DNA from: Candidatus Gastranaerophilales bacterium
GTDB lineage: Bacteria; Cyanobacteriota; Vampirovibrionia; Gastranaerophilales; JAILCC01
Direction of reading: 5' to 3'
Length of the DNA: 64,000 bases
Assembly: GCA_045598245.1 (NCBI GenBank)
Contig: JAZLLQ010000011.1
Coordinates: forward strand, 38,687 to 102,686
In this document: in pieces, positions 12,433 to 22,242 of the stretch
How positions within the stretch are numbered: the stretch's first letter is position 1
Layout: each line of letters starts with the position of its first letter
Made by a program: the position numbers and the translations under genes
The notes under the pieces: model-generated
Databases searched by the model: none
The model's input: the letters and a program-made list of their open reading frames with translations, nothing else
What the model was told of the DNA's origin: nothing

Positions 12433-13197
12433 ATGAAACAAAGTAAACAAGATGCACCGATTAATAAATTTTCAATGTTTATATCAGACATGCTTATGAT
12501 GCCTATATGGATAAAACATTTGTTATATGTATATTTAAAATATCGTCTTGACGAAGAACTTACTACACAATATCTTAATTCATACGAAATAGAAGATATT
12601 TTTCAACTGCACAAAAGTGTTTTAACATATAAAGGGAAAAAAGAACTCGAAGGACAGATTTCAGCCTTAGCTCCTAATTATTATCAGTTCCTCCAAGATT
12701 CACTTGATGGTCTTACTATTGCTGAATTGACAATTAAAAACGGATGGAATTTATATGAAGTTTCAAATATGTTTGTCGAATGTCTGGATAAAGAATATAT
12801 TGCGCAACTTTCTTCAATTAAAATGATTGAGTTGGTTCGCTATATGGCAGGAAAAACCCGTATCGGTGAATATTTCATGAGAACCGGTCAATTAACAATT
12901 GAACAGTTGGAGATGGTACTTGATCAACAAGAAAAAATCAAAAAGGCAACAGGTGAACAAGTAGGTACAGCAACTGTATTGGTTAACATGGGATATGTTC
13001 CCGAAAGTGAAGTTAAAGCAGTTCTTCGCTATAAAGAAGAAAGCCGCAAAAGATTTTCTATGGATAATATAATAGCTTCGGGTGAAAATGTTACCGGTGA
13101 TGAGGATGTAACATCTCTAAAAGCTACCAACGACAGATTACTAAATGAAAATAAAATTCTTAAATTACAACTAAGAAAACTTTTGAATTTATCATAA
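12433..13197 (+). CDS. Hypothetical protein with MshEN-type c-di-GMP-binding motif and C-terminal coiled coil
   Basis: RIGEYFMRTGQLTIEQLEMVLDQQ fits RLGxxLLxxGLLxxxxLxxxLxxQ; a degenerate second half follows. Confidence 0.65.
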   Translation: MKQSKQDAPINKFSMFISDMLMMPIWIKHLLYVYLKYRLDEELTTQYLNSYEIEDIFQLHKSVLTYKGKKELEGQISALAPNYYQFLQDSLDGLTIAELTIKNGWNLYEVSNMFVECLDKEYIAQLSSIKMIELVRYMAGKTRIGEYFMRTGQLTIEQLEMVLDQQEKIKKATGEQVGTATVLVNMGYVPESEVKAVLRYKEESRKRFSMDNIIASGENVTGDEDVTSLKATNDRLLNENKILKLQLRKLLNLS

Positions 13198-13287
13198 TTT
13201 TAAATATTTTCATTTACCCCACATAGCTAATAAAAATAAATTTAACCTCTTTTAAAATATAGATGTTAAATTTATAGGAGTTAACTT

Positions 13288-13494
13288 ATGTTTAATTTTA
13301 TTAAATATTGTGCCTATTTTATAGTATTAATAGGGGCAACCAATTGGGGACTTGTCGGGTTTTTTAATTTTGATTTGGTGGCGTTTTTATTTGGCGAAAT
13401 GACAACCGTGACAAGAATTATCTATGCTGCTGTCGGTATTAGCGCAATAATTTCTCTTGTAACTTTTTCTTTGTGCACAGAAGAGAATAATTAA
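13288..13494 (+). CDS. DUF378 family small membrane protein
   Basis: LIGATNWGLVGFFNFDLVAFLFG..RIIYAAVG. Confidence 0.9.
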   Translation: MFNFIKYCAYFIVLIGATNWGLVGFFNFDLVAFLFGEMTTVTRIIYAAVGISAIISLVTFSLCTEENN

Positions 13495-13507
13495 TATCAC
13501 ACTTTAA

Positions 13508-13628
13508 AACTTGTGTCAGCGTTAATGCAGAATGAAGTAACTTATGTCACCTCCTCTAGTCATACGTGCAAAGGACGTGAATGAATTACTTTAGCAAACA
13601 AAATGCGCTGACACATTAGTTGAATACA
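13508..13628 (-). ncRNA. Structured rod-like ncRNA candidate (6S RNA-like)
   Basis: Nested stems TGTGTCAGCG/CGCTGACACA, central bubble, AAGTAATT/AGTTACTT and TCAC.TCCTTTG/TAGAGGA.GTGA; G-U wobbles work on the minus strand; minus-strand TATAAT at 13635-13640. Confidence 0.55.
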
Positions 13629-13793
13629 ATTTATATTATACTATTCACAAAATATTAATTACGGGAAGTTTGGATAAACTTTTTGTAGAACCGGATACGA
13701 TTTTTTGCGCCAAATTATTTAAGTAAAATAATTGCAAAAAAATAATCATTATGTAATATAAGAATAGAGAGCAATTTTGAAAGGAGAAATAAA

Positions 13794-14042
13794 ATGGCAG
13801 AAACAAAAGTTTTGACAACTATCCCAAGAACTGCGACCGAAGAAATACAAATCGCAATAAACGAATACAAAGGGAAACAATATCTTGATTTAAGAGTTTA
13901 TTACACAACTGATGATGGTTTAAATTGGAATCCTACAAAAAAAGGGGTAACATTTGCACCTGAGAAACTTTTTGACCTAAAATCAGCTATCGAAACAGCT
14001 ATTAATGAATTTGGCGTTGAAAAAGAAACAGAAGAAGTTTAA
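13794..14042 (+). CDS. PC4/p15-family (YdbC-like) ssDNA-binding protein
   Basis: EEIQIAINEYKGKQYLDLRVYY..WNPTKKGVTF; GAAAGGAG SD. Confidence 0.85.
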   Translation: MAETKVLTTIPRTATEEIQIAINEYKGKQYLDLRVYYTTDDGLNWNPTKKGVTFAPEKLFDLKSAIETAINEFGVEKETEEV

Positions 14043-14066
14043 TAATACAAATAAAATATTTTACGT

Positions 14067-14105
14067 AAAAAGTCGCTTTGCAATTATCAGTAAAGCGATT
14101 TTTTA
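14067..14105 (+). terminator. Intrinsic terminator
   Basis: GTCGCTTTGC/GTAAAGCGAT stem plus T-tract. Confidence 0.8.
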
Positions 14106-14231
14106 TTGCAAATATAATGCTTGAGTCAAAATAGACCACATGGTTTAGTCAATATATATCAGTAGGTTGATGATAGTTTTTTTAAAAAACCGTATTCTGT
14201 ATATATATGATTGGGGAGTAGGTAGAGTAAC

Positions 14232-15323
14232 ATGAACAAATTACACAAACAAATTACATCAGTATCAGCTGCTATGATATTTATTGCAGCCGTATTTACA
14301 GCAAATCAGACATTTGCTGCAAACACAACTCTCAATGGAGTTGAGATTTCTTCCTCCGGGTCAAGAGGATATGACATTGTTTTGAACACAGATACCGCAA
14401 CCAATGTCAAAAAGAAAACTGTCGGAAATGACAAATTAGTTTTAGATTTAAAAAATACCACGGTATCAAAAGATGCGGGTACGGTTTACAAAAATGCTGA
14501 CGGTATTGAAAATGTTATTTTAAAACCAAAAGCAAATGATTTACAAATTGAAATTAACGGAAAAGCTGCGGGTAATAGCACAATTTCATTAAACAATGAA
14601 CTTCCTGCAACACCAAAAAATTATGACAATACGGTTTTTATTAATAAGCCGCTCGATTCTTATGCACCAATTCACGAAGAAGAACTTGAAGAAACTGCAG
14701 GAGCAGGTTTTATTGGTTTGATGCGTCAAATAGTTACTTCTCAATCGCTGAAAAATTTATTAGGTTCGTCTAATTTGGGTTGGATTATTTGCGTAATGCT
14801 AATGGTTGGTTTTTACTTGGTTACAAATAAAAACGGTCGTAAACAACAAAAAGTCAGTGTTAAAATCGCAAGTACTCCTGAAGATAAAGAAAATAAATTA
14901 CTAAAAGCTGCTTTGGAAAGGAAAGAAGGCTTAATCGCAGAAGGTTTAGGACAAAGAAGAACTCAACTTCAACCAAGAAAACCACAGAGTCAACCTCAAG
15001 TTTCAGCTCAAAAAACAAATTATGGACTGAAAGCGTACGGCAATCAGCCTGCCGGTGCAAGCACAAGTTCTTTTAGAGTCCAAAATATTCCGACACGAGA
15101 AAATTTAGCTAACTTACAACCAACTGTTGCCAACAGACCTTTGCGAGCATCTGTAAGCACTGCAACAAGACAAGAATTACAAGAAAGTACAAAAAAGAAC
15201 GAAGTTCATATTGATAATGTAAAATTTCTTGAGTCAATGGCTAAAATCTATGAAAGAAGCGGTCGTGTAGATTTAGCAACAGGACTTGCAAATAATATTA
15301 AAAAAGCAAAAACCATAAGATAA
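14232..15323 (+). CDS. Exported/membrane protein: signal peptide, AMIN-like beta domain, TM helix, low-complexity cytoplasmic tail
   Basis: AxA signal (TFA-ANT), KLVLDLKNT AMIN-like strand, TM GWIICVMLMVGFYLV. Confidence 0.6.
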   Translation: MNKLHKQITSVSAAMIFIAAVFTANQTFAANTTLNGVEISSSGSRGYDIVLNTDTATNVKKKTVGNDKLVLDLKNTTVSKDAGTVYKNADGIENVILKPKANDLQIEINGKAAGNSTISLNNELPATPKNYDNTVFINKPLDSYAPIHEEELEETAGAGFIGLMRQIVTSQSLKNLLGSSNLGWIICVMLMVGFYLVTNKNGRKQQKVSVKIASTPEDKENKLLKAALERKEGLIAEGLGQRRTQLQPRKPQSQPQVSAQKTNYGLKAYGNQPAGASTSSFRVQNIPTRENLANLQPTVANRPLRASVSTATRQELQESTKKNEVHIDNVKFLESMAKIYERSGRVDLATGLANNIKKAKTIR

Positions 15324-15357
15324 TTAATAACTGGAGAGAGTAATTTGTTACAGTTAC

Positions 15358-15386
15358 AAAGCCCGAATATTATTCGGGTTTTTTTA
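15358..15386 (+). terminator. Intrinsic terminator
   Basis: GCCCGAAT-ATT-ATTCGGGT plus T-tract. Confidence 0.85.
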
Positions 15387-15478
15387 TTGCTTAAACTACT
15401 TATTATACCTTTCGGCATGATAATTATAATGTGGACACAAACGAGTAAATCGTGTAAAATCTAAATTAGAATTCCACA

Positions 15479-16720
15479 ATGTATAGGAGAAATATCGTGA
15501 AAAATAATAAAATGTCCCAAAAAGCCAAAAATAAAAGAGATTTCTCTAAAGCTATTCCATGGGTTGCAGGGATAGGTCTTTTGGCAACAATAGAATTAAT
15601 ATTTGTTTATTTCAACGCTAATTTTGTTGAAGGTGCTGCTCCGAGTTTTTGTGCAATTAACAGCACAATTGACTGCGATGCTGTAGCCAAGACAAATTTT
15701 GCTTTACTTTTTGGCGTTCCCAATGCTATATGGGGCTTTTTGTTCTACGTATTTGTTATGCTCTTGTATTTTGCAAAAAAATTAAAAAATATAAAACTTT
15801 TTAAATTTATGGAAGTATTCCAACATCCAAAAACTTACATCTTTTTACTATCATTGTTAATATTCATTGTTGATGTAATCTTAGCATATATTTCAACCAG
15901 AGTAATAGGTAAAATTTGTATAATGTGCTTTGTTACATATTTTTTGAATTTAGTATTATTAATAGTGGCTCGCCCATCAAAATCATTCGTGGATATGGTA
16001 ATTACGGCAATTGATGATTTTATCAAAGCAATTTCCAACAGGGGATATGCAGTTGCATTCTTTTTAGTCGTAGCTTGCGGAATTTCTGCATTGATATATT
16101 TTGATAATACAAAAATTTTAGCTCCTGATGAAGCTGTATTTGCAGGTAATGCCGATGATTTTGTTACAACGGAAACAAGTAACATATTAGGTAAAGAAGG
16201 TGCAAAAGTTGTCATTAATGAATTTACCGATATACAATGTCCATTTTGCGCACAGTCAAATATAAGAGTAAATAAAATCGCAAGCGACTACGATAATATC
16301 ATTGTTATCCACCATGATTTCCCGCTGGATAAAGCATGTAACCCGCTATTGAAAGAACATCAAATGCATGAAAACAGTTGTCTTTATTCTCAATATGCTT
16401 TAGCTGCAAAAAAACAAAATAAGGCTTGGGGTTTGACAAATGCAATGTTTAAAAATAATCAGGATTTATCTGAAGAAAAAGTCCTTGAACTTGCCAAAGA
16501 ACTCGGCTTAAATATTAATCAATTAAAGAAAGATGCTCATTCAAAAGAAATCAAAGAAGAATTACAAAATGAAATTCAGTCAATAATTGATATGGGAATT
16601 TCGGCTACTCCTACGTATATAATAAACGGGAAAAAATACGATAAGGGTATACTAAAATATTCGGAATTAGTTAAAATCGTTAAAGAAAATGGTGCTGCAA
16701 GAAAGACAACAGAGCAATAA
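15479..16720 (+). CDS. VKOR-DsbA/thioredoxin fusion (disulfide bond formation); start may be downstream
   Basis: VKOR loop cysteines FCAIN..DCDAV, CIMC, then DsbA domain FTDIQCPFC and cis-Pro ATPT. Confidence 0.88.
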   Translation: MYRRNIVKNNKMSQKAKNKRDFSKAIPWVAGIGLLATIELIFVYFNANFVEGAAPSFCAINSTIDCDAVAKTNFALLFGVPNAIWGFLFYVFVMLLYFAKKLKNIKLFKFMEVFQHPKTYIFLLSLLIFIVDVILAYISTRVIGKICIMCFVTYFLNLVLLIVARPSKSFVDMVITAIDDFIKAISNRGYAVAFFLVVACGISALIYFDNTKILAPDEAVFAGNADDFVTTETSNILGKEGAKVVINEFTDIQCPFCAQSNIRVNKIASDYDNIIVIHHDFPLDKACNPLLKEHQMHENSCLYSQYALAAKKQNKAWGLTNAMFKNNQDLSEEKVLELAKELGLNINQLKKDAHSKEIKEELQNEIQSIIDMGISATPTYIINGKKYDKGILKYSELVKIVKENGAARKTTEQ

Positions 16721-17256
16721 TGAAAAAACTCCTTTTGCATGTTTGCTGTGCGCCTTGCGGTGCTTATAGTGCCGAATTTATACAGAATGAAGGATATGAC
16801 GTAACTTATTATTATTATAATCCTAATATTTATCCCTCAGCTGAGCATAATCGCCGTTTAGAGGAATTAAAACGCTATACTGCAGACAAAAATATTCCTT
16901 TAATAATAGAAACACCTGATTATGAAAATTGGGATAAAATTGTTGCAGGTTTTGAAAATGAACCCGAAAGAGGAAATCGGTGCAAAATATGTTATAAAAT
17001 GAGGCTTGAAAAAACCGTTAAAAAAGCAAAAGAGTTGGGATTTGGCTATTTTACAACAACTTTAAGCATAAGTCCTCACAAAAGTTATGAAATGATTTCG
17101 GAAATATCAAAAGAGCTTTCATTAAGATATGAAGTTGAATATTTAGATGTCAATTTAAAGAAACGTGACGGATACAAAAAATCGGTTGAACTTTCAAAGA
17201 AATATGGGTTTTACAGACAGGAATACTGTGGCTGTAAGTACAGCATAAGAACTTAG
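16720..17256 (+). CDS. queH: Epoxyqueuosine reductase QueH
   Basis: [15 protein letters not shown], Cxx[19 protein letters not shown]. Confidence 0.93.
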   Translation: MKKLLLHVCCAPCGAYSAEFIQNEGYDVTYYYYNPNIYPSAEHNRRLEELKRYTADKNIPLIIETPDYENWDKIVAGFENEPERGNRCKICYKMRLEKTVKKAKELGFGYFTTTLSISPHKSYEMISEISKELSLRYEVEYLDVNLKKRDGYKKSVELSKKYGFYRQEYCGCKYSIRT

Positions 17257-17720
17257 CGTGCATTATATTTTGTAGCTTTTTCTATTTCACGCTTGGCAGT
17301 TTTTTTACTGATACTTTCACGCTTATCATGTAGCGTTTTACCTTTGGCAAGTGCTATTTCAACTTTAGCAAAACCATGTTCAAGATGCATATTTATAGGT
17401 ACTATAGAAAAACCTGATTCTTTCGTTTTTCCGATAAGTTTTTTCAATTCTTGCTTTGTTAAAAGAAGTTTTCTTGTACGCAATGGTTCATGGTTATACC
17501 TGTTGCCGTTTTCATACGGACTGATATGAACATTGTATAGCCACATTTCACCATCTTCAATACGAGCAAAACCATCTTTGAGATTAACAGAGCCTTTCCT
17601 GACAGACTTAATTTCCGTGCCGGTTAATACAATACCTGCCGTATATTTTTCAATTATTTCATAATCGTGAAATGCTTTGCGATTATCTGCTAAAAGTTTA
17701 TGTTCGTTACTGCTTTTCAT
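17253..17720 (-). CDS. smpB: SsrA-binding protein
   Basis: [36 protein letters not shown]. Confidence 0.97.
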   Translation of the reverse strand: MKSSNEHKLLADNRKAFHDYEIIEKYTAGIVLTGTEIKSVRKGSVNLKDGFARIEDGEMWLYNVHISPYENGNRYNHEPLRTRKLLLTKQELKKLIGKTKESGFSIVPINMHLEHGFAKVEIALAKGKTLHDKRESISKKTAKREIEKATKYNAR

Positions 17721-17942
17721 ATTTTAGATTATAACGTCAAATTTTAAGACTGTCCATAATATCTTCCAATTAACACGTACTATATCAAATACGCTAACTA
17801 TTCCAAAAGAACATTAATTGTGGTTATTAGAATATTGAGCTATTTGAAATATGCCTGAGTGGCTAATATACGAAATCCAAGGTTTATGATTAATTATACT
17901 CATAAAATATTTTGTTATTATGATAAAAATTTAGGAGAAAAA

Positions 17943-18620
17943 ATGGTAAGCATACTGGAAAAAACAGTTAATTTAATGATTATAGAAGATTATAAATTAA
18001 CAAGAATGGGTTTAAAATCATCACTAGAAGAATTTGATGGCATTAAGGTAACAGGTGAAGCTGAAGATGCGGAAAAAGGCATCATGATAGCTGAAAGATT
18101 AAAACCTGATGTAATTCTTATGGATTTAGGTTTGCCTGGAATGAACGGCATTGAAGCTACGAGCAAAATAAAACAAGAGCAACCTGATATCAAAATTATC
18201 ATTTTAACTTCTCATGAACGAGATGAAGAAGTTCTTGCCGCACTAGGTTCAGGTGCTAATGCATATTGCTTAAAGGATATTGAACCAAAAGCATTGGTTA
18301 ATGTCGTACGTGAAGTTGCCAAAGGTGCATGCTGGCTCGACCCTGTCATTGCAAAGGTTGCCTTAAAATTATTTCCAAAACCTGAACATATAAGGATTTC
18401 TCAGAGTAACCAAATACAAGACGGAAGAAGCCAATTAACAGAAAGAGAATTGGAAGTTTTACGATTATTGGTAAAAGGGAAAAGCAATACTGAGATTGCA
18501 AAAGATTTAATAGTGAGTGTACACACTGCAAAAGCTCACGTCTGCAGCATCTTGCAAAAACTTTGCGTGGATGATAGGGTACAAGCCGCAGTAAAAGCAG
18601 TTAAAGAAAATATTGTTTAA
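17943..18620 (+). CDS. NarL/LuxR-family response regulator
   Basis: PDVILMDLGLPGMNGIEA receiver plus LTERELEVL..SNTEIA..TAKAHV HTH; start moved to the ATG after AGGAG. Confidence 0.92.
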   Translation: MVSILEKTVNLMIIEDYKLTRMGLKSSLEEFDGIKVTGEAEDAEKGIMIAERLKPDVILMDLGLPGMNGIEATSKIKQEQPDIKIIILTSHERDEEVLAALGSGANAYCLKDIEPKALVNVVREVAKGACWLDPVIAKVALKLFPKPEHIRISQSNQIQDGRSQLTERELEVLRLLVKGKSNTEIAKDLIVSVHTAKAHVCSILQKLCVDDRVQAAVKAVKENIV

Positions 18621-18643
18621 TTTTATAATCAAATAACTGAACA

Positions 18644-18680
18644 GCTCTCAAAGTGAAAATTTTTACTTTGGGAGTTTTTA
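18644..18680 (+). terminator. Intrinsic terminator
   Basis: GCTCTCAAAGT/ACTTTGGGAGT stem plus T-tract. Confidence 0.75.
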
Positions 18681-18744
18681 TTATAAATTTGTATTTTTCT
18701 TTAACAATTTGTAGTATAATATTCTGCGTGAAGTTAGAGGAATT

Positions 18745-21700
18745 ATGAAAGATATCATTAACGTAATCACGGATACAAATAATCAAATAACATCGTATGA
18801 GGTTGATACCGGAGTTATCAAATTGGGCTATCTTTATGAAAACACCCAAAAAACAATAACTTTGGAATTTGAGCTTTTGGAAGATAAAGAGTGTGATTTT
18901 ATTGAAAATTCATTCTACAAAAATCCGATTTTAAAAGAAGAATTAATAAATTCTTCCTTGAATTATTTCTTCTTAGAGTATCTTATCGCTAATAAAATCA
19001 ATATAATTCCTCAAAGTGTAAAAGATGTAACTTTTTCTAAAGAAGTCACCGAAGAAGAAAAGCAGTTTTTATACGACTCTTTCAGAGTAATAATTTATAA
19101 AAATCCACTTCTTGCACTTGATATAAAAGGGTTTGATACTGACGGCATGAAAGAAATTCTTGCAAGACAACTTTTGAATGTAAAAAAGGAACAAATTGAC
19201 TTTGTTCCTATTGAAGATGTAAAAGTTGAATCAAACAAGAAAGTTCCTGAATATTACAGAATGAAAAAACTGTATTCCGATGAGATTTTTGCTAATTTTT
19301 CCGAAAATCCCCAGTATTTTGACAAAAAAGAATTCAAATCAAATATGATGGAATTATATGATTTAATCAGGGACGAGTTTGATAATGTATTTGGCTACGA
19401 AAATATCTTTTTTGCAAGAAACTGCGACTTCTATTGCATAGTAGGAAGTAAGGATAATGAATTTTTTGTTACTCCAACCATAAATTTTGAAATTTATCTT
19501 AAATCAAAAGGTTCTATGTACAGGGTTTCAAAAGAAATGAAAAATGTTCCCGTTATAGAGGATGGGAAGCTCGTTTTAAAAAATCTGATCGGATTAACCG
19601 TTCCTAAATATATTGTTTACGATTATTTTTTAAATTTTCAATCTTTAATAGAAAGCGATGAAATAAGTGCAACGACAAGATTGTTTAACTATCTGACATT
19701 GCTTGCAAAAGATATAGTTAAAACTCTGAATATAAGACCTCAGGTAAATTTAATTGATTCGCAATTTTTCAAAATAAATTACAGTGTTGATTTTGAAAAT
19801 CCAAAGTTAAAATCGACTCTTATGTCAATTATAAATTTTGCACCTGAAAATTATGCAATTAAACCTGACGGAACACAAGTTGCTCAAAAGTCTTATATAA
19901 GAGATTTGCTTGATGACCTTATAAATTACATGGTTTATAAAATTTTAAATTTAAAAGTTTCAAAATTAAAACAATCACCTGCAGTAACAATGTTTTCAAA
20001 TAACCAACCGCAAAGAGCTTTTAAAGGCTCAAAAAATATCGCTGTTGCTATAAAAGAATGGTTAAGTACATTTAATCAAAACTCTAATCCGATAAAAATT
20101 CTGGTTACTTTTGATAAGGTCAGTGAATTTGAGTATAAAACACAATTAAAATATACATTCCAAAAGGAAACTTTTGATTTTGAAAATTTATTTGTACAAA
20201 ATGACGAGAATTTGAGGGATGTTGTAGCTGCACAAATAAGAAGTGCATCCGAGTTTATGCCTTCTTTAAAAAATATTTATTGTTCTTTTGGCACACATGA
20301 GCCTGTCGTCAAAGCAATAGAAATCATCAAAAATTTATCAAAAATATGCTCCATTCTGAACAGCTTTAACGTTGACATATATATGCCTGCAGAATTGCAA
20401 AACATTTTAAGACCTAAACTATCAATAAAAACCGTTCTCAAAAAAGAAGCAGAAAAAGATTTCTTAAAGAATTTTGATGACCCTGACACAAATTATTCAT
20501 TGAACGATATTATGGACTTTTCTTACGAAATTGCAATTGGAGATGAAAAACTTACAAAGGAAGAATTTTTAAAACTTATAGAAAATTCAGGGGAATTGAT
20601 AAACTTTAAAAACAAATACGTTTTATTAAATCAGGATGAAATTAAGAAGATTTTAGAAAACCTTGATAAACCTATTGATAAACAATTAAATCGTTTGGAA
20701 TTTATACACAGCGTATTTGCGGGCAAAATTGATAATTTTGAAACAGATTATGAAGACGCTATCAGAGAAGCTGTTAAAAAACATCTTAATGTTTCTGAGG
20801 TCGAACCTCCTGATAGTTTGAAGGATGTATTAAGGCCATACCAAGCATTCGGCTTTAAATGGCTATATTCAAATGTTATGAAAGGTTTTGGCTGTTGTAT
20901 TGCTGACGATATGGGGTTGGGTAAAACTATTCAGATATTAAGCCTTATTGTCAAAATGAAATCAGAGGGTAAAATGAAAAATCCGGCAGTTGTTGTTTGT
21001 CCGACAACATTAGTCGGTAACTGGTTAAAAGAGTGCGAAAAATTCGCTTCCGACCTTAGAGTTAGTATTTACCATGGTATTAACAGAGTCTTAGATTTAA
21101 AATCAGACGTAATTATCACAACATACGGACACTTGAGAGCTGATTTAGAGAAATTAAAACAGTATGAATGGGGTATGCTTGTAATTGATGAGGCACAAAG
21201 TATAAAAAACCCGTCTACCGCTCAGTCTAAAGCCATAAAAACACTTGTTACACCTTTCAAAATAGCTATGACAGGTACTCCTATTGAGAACCGTTTAAGT
21301 GAATTATGGAGTATATTTGATTTTATTAATAAAGGATATTTGGGAACATCTAATGAATTTCAGGATAAATATGCATTTGAAATTGAAAAATTAAAACAAA
21401 CAAAAACTGCACAAAAACTTCAATTGGTTACTTCTCCATTCATTTTGAGAAGGTTGAAAACAGATAAAAAAATTATCAACGATTTGCCTGAAAAAATTGT
21501 ATTTGATGAGTATTGTTACTTAACACCTGAGCAAGCTGCATTATACGAAACGACATTAAATACAACAATGAAACAAGTAGAGGATGCTACAGGCATAAAC
21601 AGACGTGGTATGATTTTGAAACTCATTACTTCGTTAAAACAAATTTGTAATCATCCTGCAAATTATTTGAAAAACCAAGACTTTTCTTATGATTTATCAG

Positions 21701-22218
21701 GCAAAACAAAGAAGATTTTTGCAATTGTTGAATCAATTTTAGAAAATAATGAAAAAGTTCTAATTTTTACCCAATACAAAGAAATGGGTGAAATATTAAC
21801 TAAAATTTTAAAACAAGAATTACACGAAAATGCTTTGTTCTTCCATGGGTCATTAAGCAGACAGGAAAGAGAAAAATTAATTGACAAATTCCAAACTGAC
21901 GAAGATACAAAGGTAATGGTGTTGTCATTAAAGGCAGGAGGTACGGGTTTAAACTTGACGGCTGCGACAAATGTTATTCACTTTGATTTATGGTGGAATC
22001 CTGCCGTTGAAACACAAGCAACTGACAGAACATACCGTATCGGACAAGATAAGAATGTTACTGTTCACAGATTAATTACTCTCGGTACTTTTGAAGAAAA
22101 GATTGATGAAATTTTGAAAAACAAACAGCAACTTGTAGATATGTCATTGTATACAGGTGAAACTATGCTCGGAGATTTATCTAACGAAGAACTTATTGAA
22201 ATATTTAAGCTCAGATAA
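18745..22218 (+). CDS. SNF2-family (YwqA-like) helicase/ATPase with long N-terminal region
   Basis: LRPYQ, ADDMGLGKT, DEAQ, TGTPIEN, LRRLK, SLKAGGTGLNL, WWNPAVETQATDR. Confidence 0.93.
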   Translation: MKDIINVITDTNNQITSYEVDTGVIKLGYLYENTQKTITLEFELLEDKECDFIENSFYKNPILKEELINSSLNYFFLEYLIANKINIIPQSVKDVTFSKEVTEEEKQFLYDSFRVIIYKNPLLALDIKGFDTDGMKEILARQLLNVKKEQIDFVPIEDVKVESNKKVPEYYRMKKLYSDEIFANFSENPQYFDKKEFKSNMMELYDLIRDEFDNVFGYENIFFARNCDFYCIVGSKDNEFFVTPTINFEIYLKSKGSMYRVSKEMKNVPVIEDGKLVLKNLIGLTVPKYIVYDYFLNFQSLIESDEISATTRLFNYLTLLAKDIVKTLNIRPQVNLIDSQFFKINYSVDFENPKLKSTLMSIINFAPENYAIKPDGTQVAQKSYIRDLLDDLINYMVYKILNLKVSKLKQSPAVTMFSNNQPQRAFKGSKNIAVAIKEWLSTFNQNSNPIKILVTFDKVSEFEYKTQLKYTFQKETFDFENLFVQNDENLRDVVAAQIRSASEFMPSLKNIYCSFGTHEPVVKAIEIIKNLSKICSILNSFNVDIYMPAELQNILRPKLSIKTVLKKEAEKDFLKNFDDPDTNYSLNDIMDFSYEIAIGDEKLTKEEFLKLIENSGELINFKNKYVLLNQDEIKKILENLDKPIDKQLNRLEFIHSVFAGKIDNFETDYEDAIREAVKKHLNVSEVEPPDSLKDVLRPYQAFGFKWLYSNVMKGFGCCIADDMGLGKTIQILSLIVKMKSEGKMKNPAVVVCPTTLVGNWLKECEKFASDLRVSIYHGINRVLDLKSDVIITTYGHLRADLEKLKQYEWGMLVIDEAQSIKNPSTAQSKAIKTLVTPFKIAMTGTPIENRLSELWSIFDFINKGYLGTSNEFQDKYAFEIEKLKQTKTAQKLQLVTSPFILRRLKTDKKIINDLPEKIVFDEYCYLTPEQAALYETTLNTTMKQVEDATGINRRGMILKLITSLKQICNHPANYLKNQDFSYDLSGKTKKIFAIVESILENNEKVLIFTQYKEMGEILTKILKQELHENALFFHGSLSRQEREKLIDKFQTDEDTKVMVLSLKAGGTGLNLTAATNVIHFDLWWNPAVETQATDRTYRIGQDKNVTVHRLITLGTFEEKIDEILKNKQQLVDMSLYTGETMLGDLSNEELIEIFKLR

Positions 22219-22242
22219 AAACAAACAATTTAAAGTTTAAGT

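Noticed and set aside
13508-13621. SRP RNA, tRNA or riboswitch identity for the hairpin
   Set aside because: No SRP domain IV GGAA/AGCAG motif, no cloverleaf, and no recognisable aptamer consensus
17859-17942. N-terminal extensions given by the ORF track (also ndk, gdhA, HD protein, slt, pilin)
   Set aside because: Downstream ATGs have clear SD sequences or overlap upstream stops and match family starts
18745-22218. SNF2 helicase as part of an antiphage defence island
   Set aside because: No neighbouring methylase, nuclease or mobile genes; flanked by housekeeping genes
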